64,000 nt of DNA from an uncultured delta proteobacterium (GCA_963789395.1 CAWBKP010000021.1:1-64000), one strand, 5' to 3'. Counted from the stretch's first letter, positions 51,529 through 62,170 are shown. Translations and numbers: made by a program. The notes: generated by a model not told the origin, from the letters alone.

Positions 51529-51707
51529 CCTTTTATTTTTTTAAACATGTCCGGGTTTTGCGTTTTTGCCGCCTCCATCTGCTTGCGTTCCTGGCGATTT
51601 CCGGCTAATTCCGATATCGAAAGGTTGTTTTTGCCAAGGGTCTAAAACTGAATAACCCGGCCCGGGCCTCCAGCGCCGATCCCGGCGGAAAGGCCCGATC
51701 GTCTGTT

Positions 51708-53633
51708 TTATAGAATCTCTCCGGTCCGTTCGGTGTGATATCCGCCGAGTTTTTCAACGCGTTGAATGAAAGCCGGCGAGCGGATCGTTGTCAGCAGGCG
51801 CTGGATGTTTTCCGTATCAAAGAATCGTTCGGGGATGATCAGATCATACTGTTCGGTGACGACCGGTATAAAATCAAGGTTCAGGGCCTTGGCAGCCGCG
51901 AAAATACCCAGGCCCATATCCGCTGTTCCCCCCAGCACCGCCGCCGCTACGGACATGTGGGTAAATTCATCGACATCATAGCCGTTGATGTCTCCGGGAT
52001 CCAGATTGAGCTGATTCAGGCGGTAATCCAGAAGAATCCGCGTTCCGGAGCCGCTTTGCCGGTTGACGAACCGAATGTCTTTTCGAACCAGATCCTCGAC
52101 CCCCTTGATGCCTTTCGGGTTCCCGCGGGTTACCATGAATCCCTGATCCCTGAAAACCAGCTGGACCCGTTTGACCGGAATATCCGGCAGGAATTTAAGA
52201 ATATCGGAAATATTATAAGATCCGTCTTCGGGATTCAGCAGGTGAGCGCCCGCCAGATGGCAGACGCCGCGTTTAATTGCCATCAGCCCTCCCATGCTGC
52301 CGACATGGCTGGAGGAAAGGGTTAGTCCCGGATGGTGGTAGCCGATCATATCTGCCAGCACGTCCAGGGTATTGTCATGGCTGCCGACAATAACAATGGT
52401 GTTTTTAATGGACGATAACGGCCGGAGCAGCTCTGCCTGAACCGGCTCGTTTTCCTTGATGCCTTCGATGTGATTGGGAATGCGGATAATGCCGTCGGCC
52501 TGGGTGAGGGAGGTGATGCATCCGGCGCCCCGGGGAAGTGAAATGGCGACAATCCGATCATCGACTTTTCCCAGCTTGACGCGAAGAAATTCTTCGATCC
52601 CCAGCTTTGAGGGAATTTTCCGGATGGGCTCGACCGAAACCGTGGGACGCAGCAGCTCGGGTTGACCGGTCATGGTGCTGACCAGGGGGCCGACGAGCTG
52701 TTCATAGGCCACGATGGCTGATACCGGATATCCGGGCATGCCGAACACGGGTTTTTGATTGACGATGCCCATTATCAGGGGTTTTCCCGGCATCACGGTA
52801 ATGCCGTGAACCAGCACCTCTCCGATATGCTGAATCACCGCCCGGCTGTAGTCTTCGGAGCCGGCCGATGAGCCGCCGACGGTGAGAATAATATCTGCAT
52901 CGCCCAGACATGCCTGCCGGACGATTTCCGTCATGGCTTCCAGATTGTCCGGAATCATGTCATGCCGTTCGTATTGACCGCCCCAGGCTTCAACCAGTTT
53001 TCCGAGTACCACGGAATTGGTTTCCAGTACCTGGCCGGGCTTGAGGCTATCGATCGGCGTTGTGCGCCAGTCCACCAGCTCCGAACCGGTGGGAATGATC
53101 AGCACTTTGGGTTTTTTACGGACCTGCACCGAAAAAACGCCGCCTGAAAGCAGTGCGCCGATACTGTACGGCGTGATCCGGTGATTCCGTGGAAAGAGCA
53201 GTTCGGTTGCCACAATATCTTCGCCCATCTTGCGGACATGCTGCCAGGGAAAAACCGGGGCTTCGATCTGAACCAGGGTGTCGCCGATAACCTGAACATG
53301 TTCGATCATGATGACGGCATTGGCGCTTTCCGGCAGTACATGTCCGGTATTGACATAGACAGCGTCCTTGCCGATGGTGAGCTGTTTGGGCCTGGTCTCG
53401 CTGGCGCCGAAAGTATTTTCCGCCCGGACCGCGATGCCGTCCATGGCGGCTGCATGAAAAGCGGGGGAAGACAATTTGGCGAACACGGCCTCGGCCAGAA
53501 CCCTTCCTATGGCATCCGGTACGGACAGGGTCTCCGAGACAGGCGGATCAACGGGCGGAAAGGTTGTAAACATAAGCTCTCTGGCTTCTGCCAGTGTTTT
53601 CATCTTTAAATAGACATTTCGCTGATGATTCAT
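51708..53633 (-). CDS. moeA: MoeA fused to a PBP/LysR-type substrate-binding domain
   Basis: AAMDGIAV, PTGSEL, GGSSAG..D, MPGKP, PGYPVSA; C-terminal GSHD, GSMGG, NRQSGSGTR. Confidence 0.92.
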   Translation of the reverse strand: MNHQRNVYLKMKTLAEARELMFTTFPPVDPPVSETLSVPDAIGRVLAEAVFAKLSSPAFHAAAMDGIAVRAENTFGASETRPKQLTIGKDAVYVNTGHVLPESANAVIMIEHVQVIGDTLVQIEAPVFPWQHVRKMGEDIVATELLFPRNHRITPYSIGALLSGGVFSVQVRKKPKVLIIPTGSELVDWRTTPIDSLKPGQVLETNSVVLGKLVEAWGGQYERHDMIPDNLEAMTEIVRQACLGDADIILTVGGSSAGSEDYSRAVIQHIGEVLVHGITVMPGKPLIMGIVNQKPVFGMPGYPVSAIVAYEQLVGPLVSTMTGQPELLRPTVSVEPIRKIPSKLGIEEFLRVKLGKVDDRIVAISLPRGAGCITSLTQADGIIRIPNHIEGIKENEPVQAELLRPLSSIKNTIVIVGSHDNTLDVLADMIGYHHPGLTLSSSHVGSMGGLMAIKRGVCHLAGAHLLNPEDGSYNISDILKFLPDIPVKRVQLVFRDQGFMVTRGNPKGIKGVEDLVRKDIRFVNRQSGSGTRILLDYRLNQLNLDPGDINGYDVDEFTHMSVAAAVLGGTADMGLGIFAAAKALNLDFIPVVTEQYDLIIPERFFDTENIQRLLTTIRSPAFIQRVEKLGGYHTERTGEIL

Positions 53634-53651
53634 CTCACTCCTTCGTAAATA

Positions 53652-54884
53652 TCAATCCAACAGTTCGACCGAAACAAGTGATCCCTGATCCAGGCCTTCC
53701 ATATTCAGTCCGATTTCTATCAGACCGTCGGCTTTCACCATGGTGTTGATCAGGCCGGATTTTCCGAGTACGGGATCAGCCATAAGCTTTCCAGCGACTG
53801 GTGTCAGTTTTACCCGGACATAATCCACGCGTCCCTGGGCAGAGGAAAGGTTTCGGGAAAGAAAGGCCGGTATCCGAAACGTTTGGTTCGCATGGCCTTT
53901 GATGCCGGAAATGGAGTCAATAAAAGGCTTGACCACTTTCAGAAACACAATCATGGCAGAGACAACATGGCCGGGAAGTCCCCATAACGCTTTGTTTTGC
54001 GACATGGCCAGAATCGTGGGTTTTCCCGGGCTGATCGAAATGCCATGAAACAGAATACGCGGCTCCGGCAGCGCTGAAATCGCCTCGATGGTGACATCCC
54101 GAACACCAACCGAGCTTCCGCCTGAAACCAGAATCAAGTCTGATGTTTTCAGAGCAGTGGAAAGGGTTTGATTCAGGCTTTTGTTATTGTCCCGGACAAT
54201 GCCGTAGGAAATCGGAATGGCGCCGCAGGCCTTTACCATGCTGGTCAGCGTATATGTGTTGATGTCCCGGATTTTTCCGGGTGTCGGCGTTTCCGTAACC
54301 GGAACCACTTCATCACCTGTGGAAATGATCGCCACAACCGGTTTTCGATACACCCGCAGGGTGTCTCTGCCAAAAGCCGCCATCAGGCCGATTTCCTGGG
54401 CCCGAAGCCTTCGTCCCTCAGATAGAAGCACATCATTTATTGAAAAATCTTCACCCGGTTCAATGACATGCTGTCCCGGGGCTGCGCTCCGGTATACTTC
54501 AATCGTTGTTGCGTCCAGGGCTTCCGTATGTTCGATCATGACCACGCTGTCCGCGCCCTCCGGCAGCATGCCGCCGGTGGAAATCCTGCAGGCTTCTCCG
54601 CCGCCGATGGAAAACCCCGGCGTTTCTCCCATGAGTGCCGTGCCCTTGACGGTTAAAAACGCGGGATTGTTTTCGGTTGCTCCGAAAGTGGATGTGGCAC
54701 GGACGGCATATCCGTCCATGGTGGATCGTCTGAAATCGGGCAGGTGTTCCGGTGCTGTCACCGTCTCCGCAATAACCCTTTCAAAAGCATCCATCAGGGG
54801 AATGGTTTCGATTTCCATTTCGGAAAATGCGGATCGGAAGTCCAGGGCCTGTTCGATGGTGACGACATTGAAAAAATCTTTCAT
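53652..54884 (-). CDS. moeA: Molybdopterin molybdotransferase MoeA
   Basis: STMDGYAV, STGDEV, SGGSSVG..D, SPGKP, LPGH. Confidence 0.95.
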   Translation of the reverse strand: MKDFFNVVTIEQALDFRSAFSEMEIETIPLMDAFERVIAETVTAPEHLPDFRRSTMDGYAVRATSTFGATENNPAFLTVKGTALMGETPGFSIGGGEACRISTGGMLPEGADSVVMIEHTEALDATTIEVYRSAAPGQHVIEPGEDFSINDVLLSEGRRLRAQEIGLMAAFGRDTLRVYRKPVVAIISTGDEVVPVTETPTPGKIRDINTYTLTSMVKACGAIPISYGIVRDNNKSLNQTLSTALKTSDLILVSGGSSVGVRDVTIEAISALPEPRILFHGISISPGKPTILAMSQNKALWGLPGHVVSAMIVFLKVVKPFIDSISGIKGHANQTFRIPAFLSRNLSSAQGRVDYVRVKLTPVAGKLMADPVLGKSGLINTMVKADGLIEIGLNMEGLDQGSLVSVELLD

Positions 54885-55197
54885 TCACGTGCTCCTGTAA
54901 AATGCATGGGCCACTTTTTCCCCTTTGGAAGGATTTGTGCCTCTCTGCTCACCTAGTAACAAGTCGGATCAACCCTGTCAAGCCGTGAGATGACAAGGCG
55001 TTGTCTGCCCGGCGGCCTGCATTTTTTCCGTGCCCTGCGTGCCAGCCGGACACGGAATCCGTTTATCTTGCGATATGTGGATTATTCATTGATTCTTAAC
55101 CCAAAAAATCTTATACAAAAAAAGATTTTAAGCTCTTTTCTATCTGAAAGCATTGCCGTTTCTGTTTTTTTGCGATTTCTCCTGCCGGAGTCAGGGA

Positions 55198-56445
55198 ATG
55201 AAACGCTTTAGAAGATATTTTGTCGTTGCATGGTTTGCCGGCGTTTTTCTTTCGCTTCTCCTGGGATGCGGGCTTGGTAAGAACCCTGCAACCCTTCCCG
55301 GTGAAGTTTCCGTGGCCGAGGATACGTCCTGGGAGGCCGTGTTTCAGCGGAAAGAAGGATGGACAGGAGCCGATGGCATCAATACGGCAGATCTTCTGGA
55401 TGGCCGGATTCTCTGGCTGTTCGGAGATACATGGATTGGCGATATCCAGCAGGGGCGCCATGCACCGGAGGCTGAACTGGTCAACAATACGCTGGCTGTT
55501 CATGAAACGCCCAAAGCCGGCAACTGGGTCCCACCCGGGCCCAAAGACATCCGGTTTTTCTGGGGACGATCCGGGCGGGATAATCAGGCATGGATTCGGC
55601 CGGATTCGGCAGGTGGTTCGAGCTGGTACTGGCCGGCTGGAAACGGCTTGGTGGTCAAGGACGGTTTCGACGGCTTGCGGCTGTTGTTTTTTATGAGCAA
55701 ACTGTCTCGACGTCCTGGCTCCAATGAGATGTGGAATTTTTCACGCAGTGGAAACACGTTGGTGATGGTGGCGAATCCCGGTGAAAAGGTCTCTGACTGG
55801 CGTATTCGGACCATTTCCGTTCCCTTGAGTCTATGGAGGGGAGAAAAAATCGGTTGGGGGGTCGCCCTGTTGTCTGTTCCGGTCTCAGGTGAATTCACGG
55901 GAAATTATGTCTACATATACGGAATCGATGAAACGGATCTTGGAAATAAAAAGCTGATTCTGGTCAGATCACCTGCCGGCCGGGTTGACGATACGGTTGC
56001 CTGGCAGGCGTATCGCGGCAACGGGGTATGGGGAACGGTTGAATCTGAATGCCATCCCATTGCGGAACATCTGGCGACGGAACTTTCCGTTGAACCGGTG
56101 ACTATCGGAAAGAACCGATGGTATGTGATGGTTCACAGCGAGGATGGCTTTGGAAGTCATATCCTGATTCGAATGGCGCAGCACCCGCAAGGGCCCTGGT
56201 CAAAGCCTTTTCCGGTGTACCAGGTTCAGGGCATTCGAAACGATACGGCCCTTTTTACCTATGCCGCCAAATCACATGCCTGCATATCACGCCCCGGAGA
56301 ACTTCTTATCAGCTATGTTATCAACGCATTTGATTTTGATATGCTGACTCAGGATGCGGACTTATATCGTCCCCGATTTATCCGCATATCCTTGAATCAA
56401 TTATTGCAGAAGGTTGCGGAAATCGTGCCTCACAACGACAACTGA
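55198..56445 (+). CDS. Lipoprotein, DUF4185/DUF5005-like (probable beta-propeller)
   Basis: Lipobox LLGC; GWTGADG, LWLFGDT, P.GPWS, YAAKSH, YRPRF. Confidence 0.7.
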   Translation: MKRFRRYFVVAWFAGVFLSLLLGCGLGKNPATLPGEVSVAEDTSWEAVFQRKEGWTGADGINTADLLDGRILWLFGDTWIGDIQQGRHAPEAELVNNTLAVHETPKAGNWVPPGPKDIRFFWGRSGRDNQAWIRPDSAGGSSWYWPAGNGLVVKDGFDGLRLLFFMSKLSRRPGSNEMWNFSRSGNTLVMVANPGEKVSDWRIRTISVPLSLWRGEKIGWGVALLSVPVSGEFTGNYVYIYGIDETDLGNKKLILVRSPAGRVDDTVAWQAYRGNGVWGTVESECHPIAEHLATELSVEPVTIGKNRWYVMVHSEDGFGSHILIRMAQHPQGPWSKPFPVYQVQGIRNDTALFTYAAKSHACISRPGELLISYVINAFDFDMLTQDADLYRPRFIRISLNQLLQKVAEIVPHNDN

Positions 56446-56490
56446 TCGCAGGATCAAACGGGCAGGGCAGCCCTGTCTCAAAAGGAGAGT

Positions 56491-57072
56491 ATGGATAAAT
56501 CAAAAAAAGATTCAAAGGGCACGCTCATTGTCTATTTGAAGAAATGCTTCAGGCTGACCGTGAGGGCCGTTATATTTGGAGGGGTATGCTATGCGCTGAA
56601 CATCGGTCTGCTGTATTTTTGTCAGATGCTTTTCGGGTTTTATCTGAAAACTCCCATGGGGCCGGAATTTGTCGACGCGAATCCCGAACTCATGACTACG
56701 ATCGAGAAATTGACGGACATGGGTTTTGAACAGCTTTCCATCCCCCTTACCCTGACGGCGTTTTTAACCTGTCTGGTGATACTTGCAGCATGTAAACTCC
56801 TTTTCCTGGCGCGTTATATTACCCCGATGGGAAATATCGGACGGATGATTTCCTGTGTGTTGCCGATTTCAGCTGCTGTTGCCATGATGATCCCGGAATC
56901 CGTTCCGGTTGGCGGCTGGGGGGTGGCTTACGGGCTGTCCGTCTTTCCGACCTGTGTGATGTTCAATTCCTGTTTTGCCATTGCCGATGAGTTGTTGCCG
57001 GAAGCGGACAGCCTGATCGGATTCTTTCGAAAAAGCGAGCCATCCGGAAAATCGCCCCATGTCCGGCGATAA
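56491..57072 (+). CDS. Hypothetical membrane protein
   Basis: RBS AAAGGAG; about four hydrophobic segments. Confidence 0.7.
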   Translation: MDKSKKDSKGTLIVYLKKCFRLTVRAVIFGGVCYALNIGLLYFCQMLFGFYLKTPMGPEFVDANPELMTTIEKLTDMGFEQLSIPLTLTAFLTCLVILAACKLLFLARYITPMGNIGRMISCVLPISAAVAMMIPESVPVGGWGVAYGLSVFPTCVMFNSCFAIADELLPEADSLIGFFRKSEPSGKSPHVRR

Positions 57073-58313
57073 TCACCAGCCTTTGAAAATCTGTCTGTTG
57101 AGCTATCGCAGCAATCCGCACTGCGGCGGGCAGGGCGTGTATGTCAAAAACCTGAGCCGGGCGCTTGTGGATCTGGGGCACACGGTGGATGTGGTTTCGG
57201 GCCCTCCGCTGCTGAAGCTGGATTCGGACATTTCCGTCAATCACCTTCCCTGTCTGGATCTGTACAACCCGGATGATCTCTTCAGGGTGCCGTCCCTGAA
57301 AGAACTTTCGGATCCCGTCAATTTTGCGGAATGGGTGGGTGTCTGCCACCATGGGTTTCCCGGAGCCGTTTACTTTCGGCATTCGTGCCTTTCAGTATTT
57401 GCGGAATAAAACCGGCGCGTACGACATCGTTCATGACAACCAGTGCCTGTCCTACGGAGTCTGGGCAATCAGCAGGCGCATGCCGACTGTTGCCACCATT
57501 CATCACCCCATTACCATCGACCGGAAAATTGCGCTGCGTTCGGTCAGCTCTGTCTGGAAAAAATTGAAATACCTGAGATGGTACTCGTTCATCGGCATGC
57601 AGAAGCGCGTTTCCAGAACGTTATCACACATCATTACGGTTTCAGCATGCGCCAGAAAAGATATCTGCAGCGATTTTAATATGTCTCAGGACAAATTCCG
57701 CATTGTCCCCAATGGTATCGATACGGATCTGTTTTACCCCATTCCGGAAATTCAGCGCGAAAAAAACCGGATCATCGTCACCAACAGTGCCGATACGCCA
57801 CTTAAAGGGCTGTATTATCTCCTTCACGCCATGTCGGATCTTTCGAGAACCCGCAACATCCGGCTGATCGTTGTGGGTTCTCCGAAAGAAAACGGTGGCA
57901 TCGTCCGCCTGATTACCCGTCTGGGTATCGGCGGGTTGATAACGTTTACCGGCCGAATCAGCCACGAAGAATTTGTGCGTCAATATGCCAGGGCTACTGC
58001 GGCGGTGGTGCCATCGGTTTATGAAGGGTTCGGACTGCCGGTGGGCGAAGCCATGGCTTGCGCCGTGCCGGTCATCAGCACCACGGGCGGCGCACTGCCG
58101 GAAGTTGTCGGGGATGCCGGCATGCTGGTCCCACCGGAAAATGCAAGTGTTTTGTCACGGGCCATTGCGGAACTGCTCGATAATCCGGAGCTTGCCGGCC
58201 GTCTCGGGCAGGCAGGATATGAGCGGGTTCATCGGCACTTCACCTGGAGGCGGGCTGCGGAAAGAACCGTCGATACTTACCGGGAGGCTATCGGTGGTCA
58301 CCGTAGATTTTAG
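57059..58313 (+). CDS. Glycosyltransferase family 4 (frameshift near 57340)
   Basis: LLSYRSNPHCGGQGVY, VHDNQ, VPNGID, PSVYEGFGLPVGEAMAC. Confidence 0.9.
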
Positions 58314-60621
58314 CCGGCTTGCAATCGGGCCCGGAAGTCGCGTTCTGGACATCGGATGCGGGACTGGCCGGCATACAGCGGCTGCGTACCAATGCCCGAA
58401 TATAACGATTGTCGGCGCGGATCTCAATTTTGATGATGTTCGGCAGGCCAGACACCGGCTGCTGTTTCACGACCATTGCAGGGAGCATGGGGGCGGAAGG
58501 TGGCTGCTTTCCGTGTCGGATATCGCCTGCCTTCCATTTGAAGACACCTGTTTTGATCTGGTGATCTGTTCGGAAGTTCTGGAGCATCTTGTCGATGAGA
58601 AAACAGCTGTCAGAGAAATCATACGGGTTCTTAAGCCGAACAGCCCGCTTGTCGTCAGCGTGCCCCGGTATTTTCCGGAGCGGGTCTGCTGGGCCCTGTC
58701 CGAGGCCTATCATCAGACAGCTAACGGCCATGTCCGTATTTACCGTAAACAGCAGCTGGTCCGGCTTCTGGAAGCTGGCGGGGTGGTTTACCGGTCCAGT
58801 CATTTTGCCCATAGCATTCATACCCCCTACTGGTGGCTGAAATGCCTGGCCGGTCCGGAGCGGACGGATGCGCCTATCGTCAACGGCTATCACCGGTTTC
58901 TGACTTGGGATATTCTCAACAAACCCAGGATCACCCGGTTTCTGGATGCGTTTTTTAATCCGCTGTTTGGAAAAAGTCTGGTCGTCTACTGCAAGAAACG
59001 CGGGTAATGCCATTGGGCGGAGACAATGTCGGGACGCCGGAGCGGTTGTCAGGTTGTCTGGGGGCGCTAGTCTGTCAAGGTTTTGAAAGATTTCGTGGAT
59101 TTTTCCGGTCCGGTACTCGTCAAAAAACGTATCAACGACATCCGGATCAAAAAAACTGCCTTTGCCGCGCTGGATAATTTCCAGAATCTGGGCCTCCTCC
59201 ATTTTCTTTCGATAGGTTCGATCCGAAGCCAGCGCATCGTATACATCGGCAACAGAGAGAATGCGGGCCAGAAACGGGATGTCGGTTCCTTTTAATCCGT
59301 CCGGATAACCGGCGCCGTCATAGCGTTCATGGTGGCATCGAATAATCTGGTGCTCTCTTTCCCAGAGGCCCAACTGGCCCACAATGTTTGCGCCGATAAC
59401 GGAGTGGTTTTTAATGATGGCGTATTCTTCATCCGTCAATTTCCCGGGCTTGAGCAGAATTTCATCGCGAATGCCGATTTTGCCGATATCGTGCAGGAGT
59501 CCCGCGGTGTTCAGGATATCCAGTTCTTCTGCCGAACATTCCATTTTGTGGGCCAGAATCTTTGCAACGGCGGTTACCCGGTTGGAATGCTGTTCGGTAT
59601 AGGAATCCTTTGCGCCGATGGCTTTAACAAATGCATAAATGGTTGAAAACAGATTCTCATAGATATTTTCATACAGGGCCAGGTTTTCGATAGCATAGGC
59701 CGCATGATGCGTCATATAGGAAAGGTAATACAGGTCTTTTTCAGCAAACCGGCCATGTTCCTTCAGCTGGAGCGTTGCCAGAACCCCGAATATTTTTTTG
59801 CGAATGGTCAGCGGGGCGATCATGACGGAGTCTATGTCATCGCCCAATCCGTGAAGACCGTTGCCTTCCGATATCAATAGCGGCAACTGGTCCCCGGCCA
59901 CATTCATAATCATGCGATTGGGGATGCGACTGGAATTATTCATTAAATCAATGGGGGAAACGACAGGCCCGGCTGTGCCGGCGCTGGCGGCAGTTACCGC
60001 AAAAGGGCGCGTGACGGCTTCGTTGATAATATAGAATACGGACTGGCTTGCGTGGGTAATATCCACGGCCATCTCAACCAACCGGTTAAAGACATCGGCG
60101 CTGTTGGCGACAGCCGAAAAATCATTCATGATGCGATTCAAGGTCTGCAGGTCATCGATTTTCTGAAGCAGTTCCAGATTCAAGGATTCTATTCTGGCCT
60201 TGCCTTCTATCTCTTTTTTAAGAAGGATGTTTTCAACAAAGAGTTGCTGCTGGTTTAGAACCCGTTTCAAACAGAGTTCGAGCTGGTTCAGATTGATGGG
60301 TTTGATTAAAAAATCCACGACCCCGTTTTTTAAAGTCCGGATGGTATTTTCCAGGGACGGATAACCGGTCATGATAACTACCGGGATGGTATTGTCGCGT
60401 TTATTGATATTTTCTGCAAGCTCAAGCCCATCCATCACCGGCATGTTGATATCGGTAAAGCAGCAGTCGATCTGCTCCCTGTCCAGAACCAGCAGGGCTT
60501 CAGCGCCATTTCCGGCTGTAAAAACCTGATACCCCTTGATTGAAAAATACTCTGCGGCAACATCCAGAATACTTTCTTCATCGTCAACAAATAATATTTT
60601 TTCTTTGTGTGAGGTTGCCAC
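58288..60621 (-). CDS. Response regulator-GAF-HD-GYP c-di-GMP phosphodiesterase (true C-terminus probably near 59000-59070)
   Basis: ILFVDDE, TDINMP, KP; HSNRV, LHDIGKIG, HHERYDGAGYPDG. Confidence 0.9.
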   Translation of the reverse strand: MATSHKEKILFVDDEESILDVAAEYFSIKGYQVFTAGNGAEALLVLDREQIDCCFTDINMPVMDGLELAENINKRDNTIPVVIMTGYPSLENTIRTLKNGVVDFLIKPINLNQLELCLKRVLNQQQLFVENILLKKEIEGKARIESLNLELLQKIDDLQTLNRIMNDFSAVANSADVFNRLVEMAVDITHASQSVFYIINEAVTRPFAVTAASAGTAGPVVSPIDLMNNSSRIPNRMIMNVAGDQLPLLISEGNGLHGLGDDIDSVMIAPLTIRKKIFGVLATLQLKEHGRFAEKDLYYLSYMTHHAAYAIENLALYENIYENLFSTIYAFVKAIGAKDSYTEQHSNRVTAVAKILAHKMECSAEELDILNTAGLLHDIGKIGIRDEILLKPGKLTDEEYAIIKNHSVIGANIVGQLGLWEREHQIIRCHHERYDGAGYPDGLKGTDIPFLARILSVADVYDALASDRTYRKKMEEAQILEIIQRGKGSFFDPDVVDTFFDEYRTGKIHEIFQNLDRLAPPDNLTTAPASRHCLRPMALPAFLAVDDQTFSKQRIKKRIQKPGDPGFVENIPSQKPVIAVDDRRIRPLRTGQAFQPPVGGMNAMGKMTGPVNHPASFQKPDQLLFTVNTDMAVSCLMIGLGQGPADPLRKIPGHADDKRAVRLKNPYDFSDSCFLIDKMLQNFRTDHQIKTGVFKWKAGDIRHGKQPPSAPMLPAMVVKQQPVSGLPNIIKIEIRADNRYIRALVRSRCMPASPASDVQNATSGPDCKPAKIYGDHR
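58294..59007 (+). CDS. Class I SAM-dependent methyltransferase
   Basis: GTG start VTVDFSRL; VLDIGCGTGRH, LPFED..FDLVICSEVLEH. Confidence 0.9.
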   Translation: MVTVDFSRLAIGPGSRVLDIGCGTGRHTAAAYQCPNITIVGADLNFDDVRQARHRLLFHDHCREHGGGRWLLSVSDIACLPFEDTCFDLVICSEVLEHLVDEKTAVREIIRVLKPNSPLVVSVPRYFPERVCWALSEAYHQTANGHVRIYRKQQLVRLLEAGGVVYRSSHFAHSIHTPYWWLKCLAGPERTDAPIVNGYHRFLTWDILNKPRITRFLDAFFNPLFGKSLVVYCKKRG

Positions 60622-60760
60622 CGAGGCTCCTGTTGGAAAAAAATGTAAGCATAACGATCTTGCGTAAATGTAATTCTTAGATTATCAATAAAAAATATTC
60701 AACATCTTTTCCGTTAAGAAGCAAGATAACCGAAGTGGTTACTTGATAAAGGAGAATATA

Positions 60761-61174
60761 ATGGTACAAACCAGTGTTCAATGGATTTCCGGAAAAAACT
60801 TTATCGGCGTGGATTCCACCCGCCATTCGGTCGTGCTTTCCGCAGAAGATCAAGGAATCGGCGTAAAGCCTTCTGAAATGCTGCTGGTTGCGCTTGCATC
60901 CTGTACGGCCGTTGATGTGGTGGGGATTCTGGAAAAGAAGCGAAAGCCCCTGTCCTTTCTCGAAATCATCACTACCGGCGACAAAGATCCTGAACCTCCC
61001 TGGCCCTACCGCAGGATAAACCTGCACTATCGGGTAAAGGGAGAAGCGCTGACAGAAAATGCGGTGGTGCAGGCCATCCGGCTTTCGCAGGAAAAATACT
61101 GCTCGGTTGCGGCAACGGTGCGTGGCGTGGCTCAGATCACGACGTCATTTGAAATCCTGCCTCACCTGCTTTGA
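60761..61174 (+). CDS. OsmC family protein
   Basis: PSEMLLVALASC...EKYCSV. Confidence 0.88.
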   Translation: MVQTSVQWISGKNFIGVDSTRHSVVLSAEDQGIGVKPSEMLLVALASCTAVDVVGILEKKRKPLSFLEIITTGDKDPEPPWPYRRINLHYRVKGEALTENAVVQAIRLSQEKYCSVAATVRGVAQITTSFEILPHLL

Positions 61175-62131
61175 AGCGATGATCTGGCGAAGTATTTCCT
61201 CCAGGGACGTTTTGGGGTCAAAGCCAATCAGTTGATGAATCTTTTCGATTCCCGGAACCCTTCGCTGCATATCTTCGAAATCTTTTCCAAAAGCCTTTTC
61301 ATAAGGGATGTATTCAATTCTGGAGGCGGATGCGGTCATGCCGATGATCTTTTCAGCCAGGTTCCGGATGGAAATTTCTTCAGTGCCGCCCACATTCAAC
61401 ACCTGGCCTGCGGCCGCATCGGTTTCCATTAATGCCATAAACGCCTGAACCACGTCTTTTACGTACGTAAATGTCCGGGTTTGCGATCCGTCTCCGTAAA
61501 TGGTCAGTGGTTTGCCGCAAAGGGCCTGATCCACGAACCGGGGAATAACCATGCCGTATGTCCCAGTCTGACGGGGGCCGACCGTATTGAACAGCCTGAC
61601 GACGATGGTTTTCAGCCCATGGGTGCGGTAGTAGGCAAGGGCCGTGAATTCGTCCATGAGCTTGGAGGCCGCATAACTCCACCTGAATTTGCTGGACGGT
61701 CCGTAGATGATGTTGTCGGTTTCAACCAGCGGGGCGTGCAGGTGTTTGCCATAGACTTCCGATGTGGAGGCAATCAGGACTTTTTTCTTGAATTTGTTGC
61801 ATAGTTCAAGGACTTTTTCGGTTCCCTGAATATTGGTGCGGATGGATTCCAGCGGTTTTTCCAGAATCGTGAGAACGCCGACCGCAGCTGCCAGGTGATA
61901 GACGACATCACAGATACCGGTCAGTTCCAGCAGGCTCTCGTGATTCAAAATCGTGTCCACCGTAACAAAGATCCGGTTTTGAAATCGGGGATCGTCCATC
62001 ATGGGTTGCAGATTGTCCAGCGACCCGGTTGAAAGATCGTCGATAATATACACATCATCCCCTTTTTCAAGGTAGGCCTCGGCAAGATGAGAGCCGATAA
62101 ACCCGGCCCCTCCGGTAATCAGAATTTTCAT
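61145..62131 (-). CDS. NAD-dependent epimerase/dehydratase (UDP-glucuronate decarboxylase/GalE-like)
   Basis: TGGAGFIGS, STSEVYG, YAASK, FNTVGPRQ. Confidence 0.92.
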   Translation of the reverse strand: MKILITGGAGFIGSHLAEAYLEKGDDVYIIDDLSTGSLDNLQPMMDDPRFQNRIFVTVDTILNHESLLELTGICDVVYHLAAAVGVLTILEKPLESIRTNIQGTEKVLELCNKFKKKVLIASTSEVYGKHLHAPLVETDNIIYGPSSKFRWSYAASKLMDEFTALAYYRTHGLKTIVVRLFNTVGPRQTGTYGMVIPRFVDQALCGKPLTIYGDGSQTRTFTYVKDVVQAFMALMETDAAAGQVLNVGGTEEISIRNLAEKIIGMTASASRIEYIPYEKAFGKDFEDMQRRVPGIEKIHQLIGFDPKTSLEEILRQIIASKQVRQDFK

Positions 62132-62170
62132 GGAATTATCCCGTAAGTGTTTTGGATGAAAGGCCGGATA

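Noticed and set aside
1900..57350. Programmed ribosomal frameshifting at the many frame breaks
   Set aside because: No shared slippery motif; the breaks are scattered through unrelated enzyme genes, as expected for consensus indel errors.
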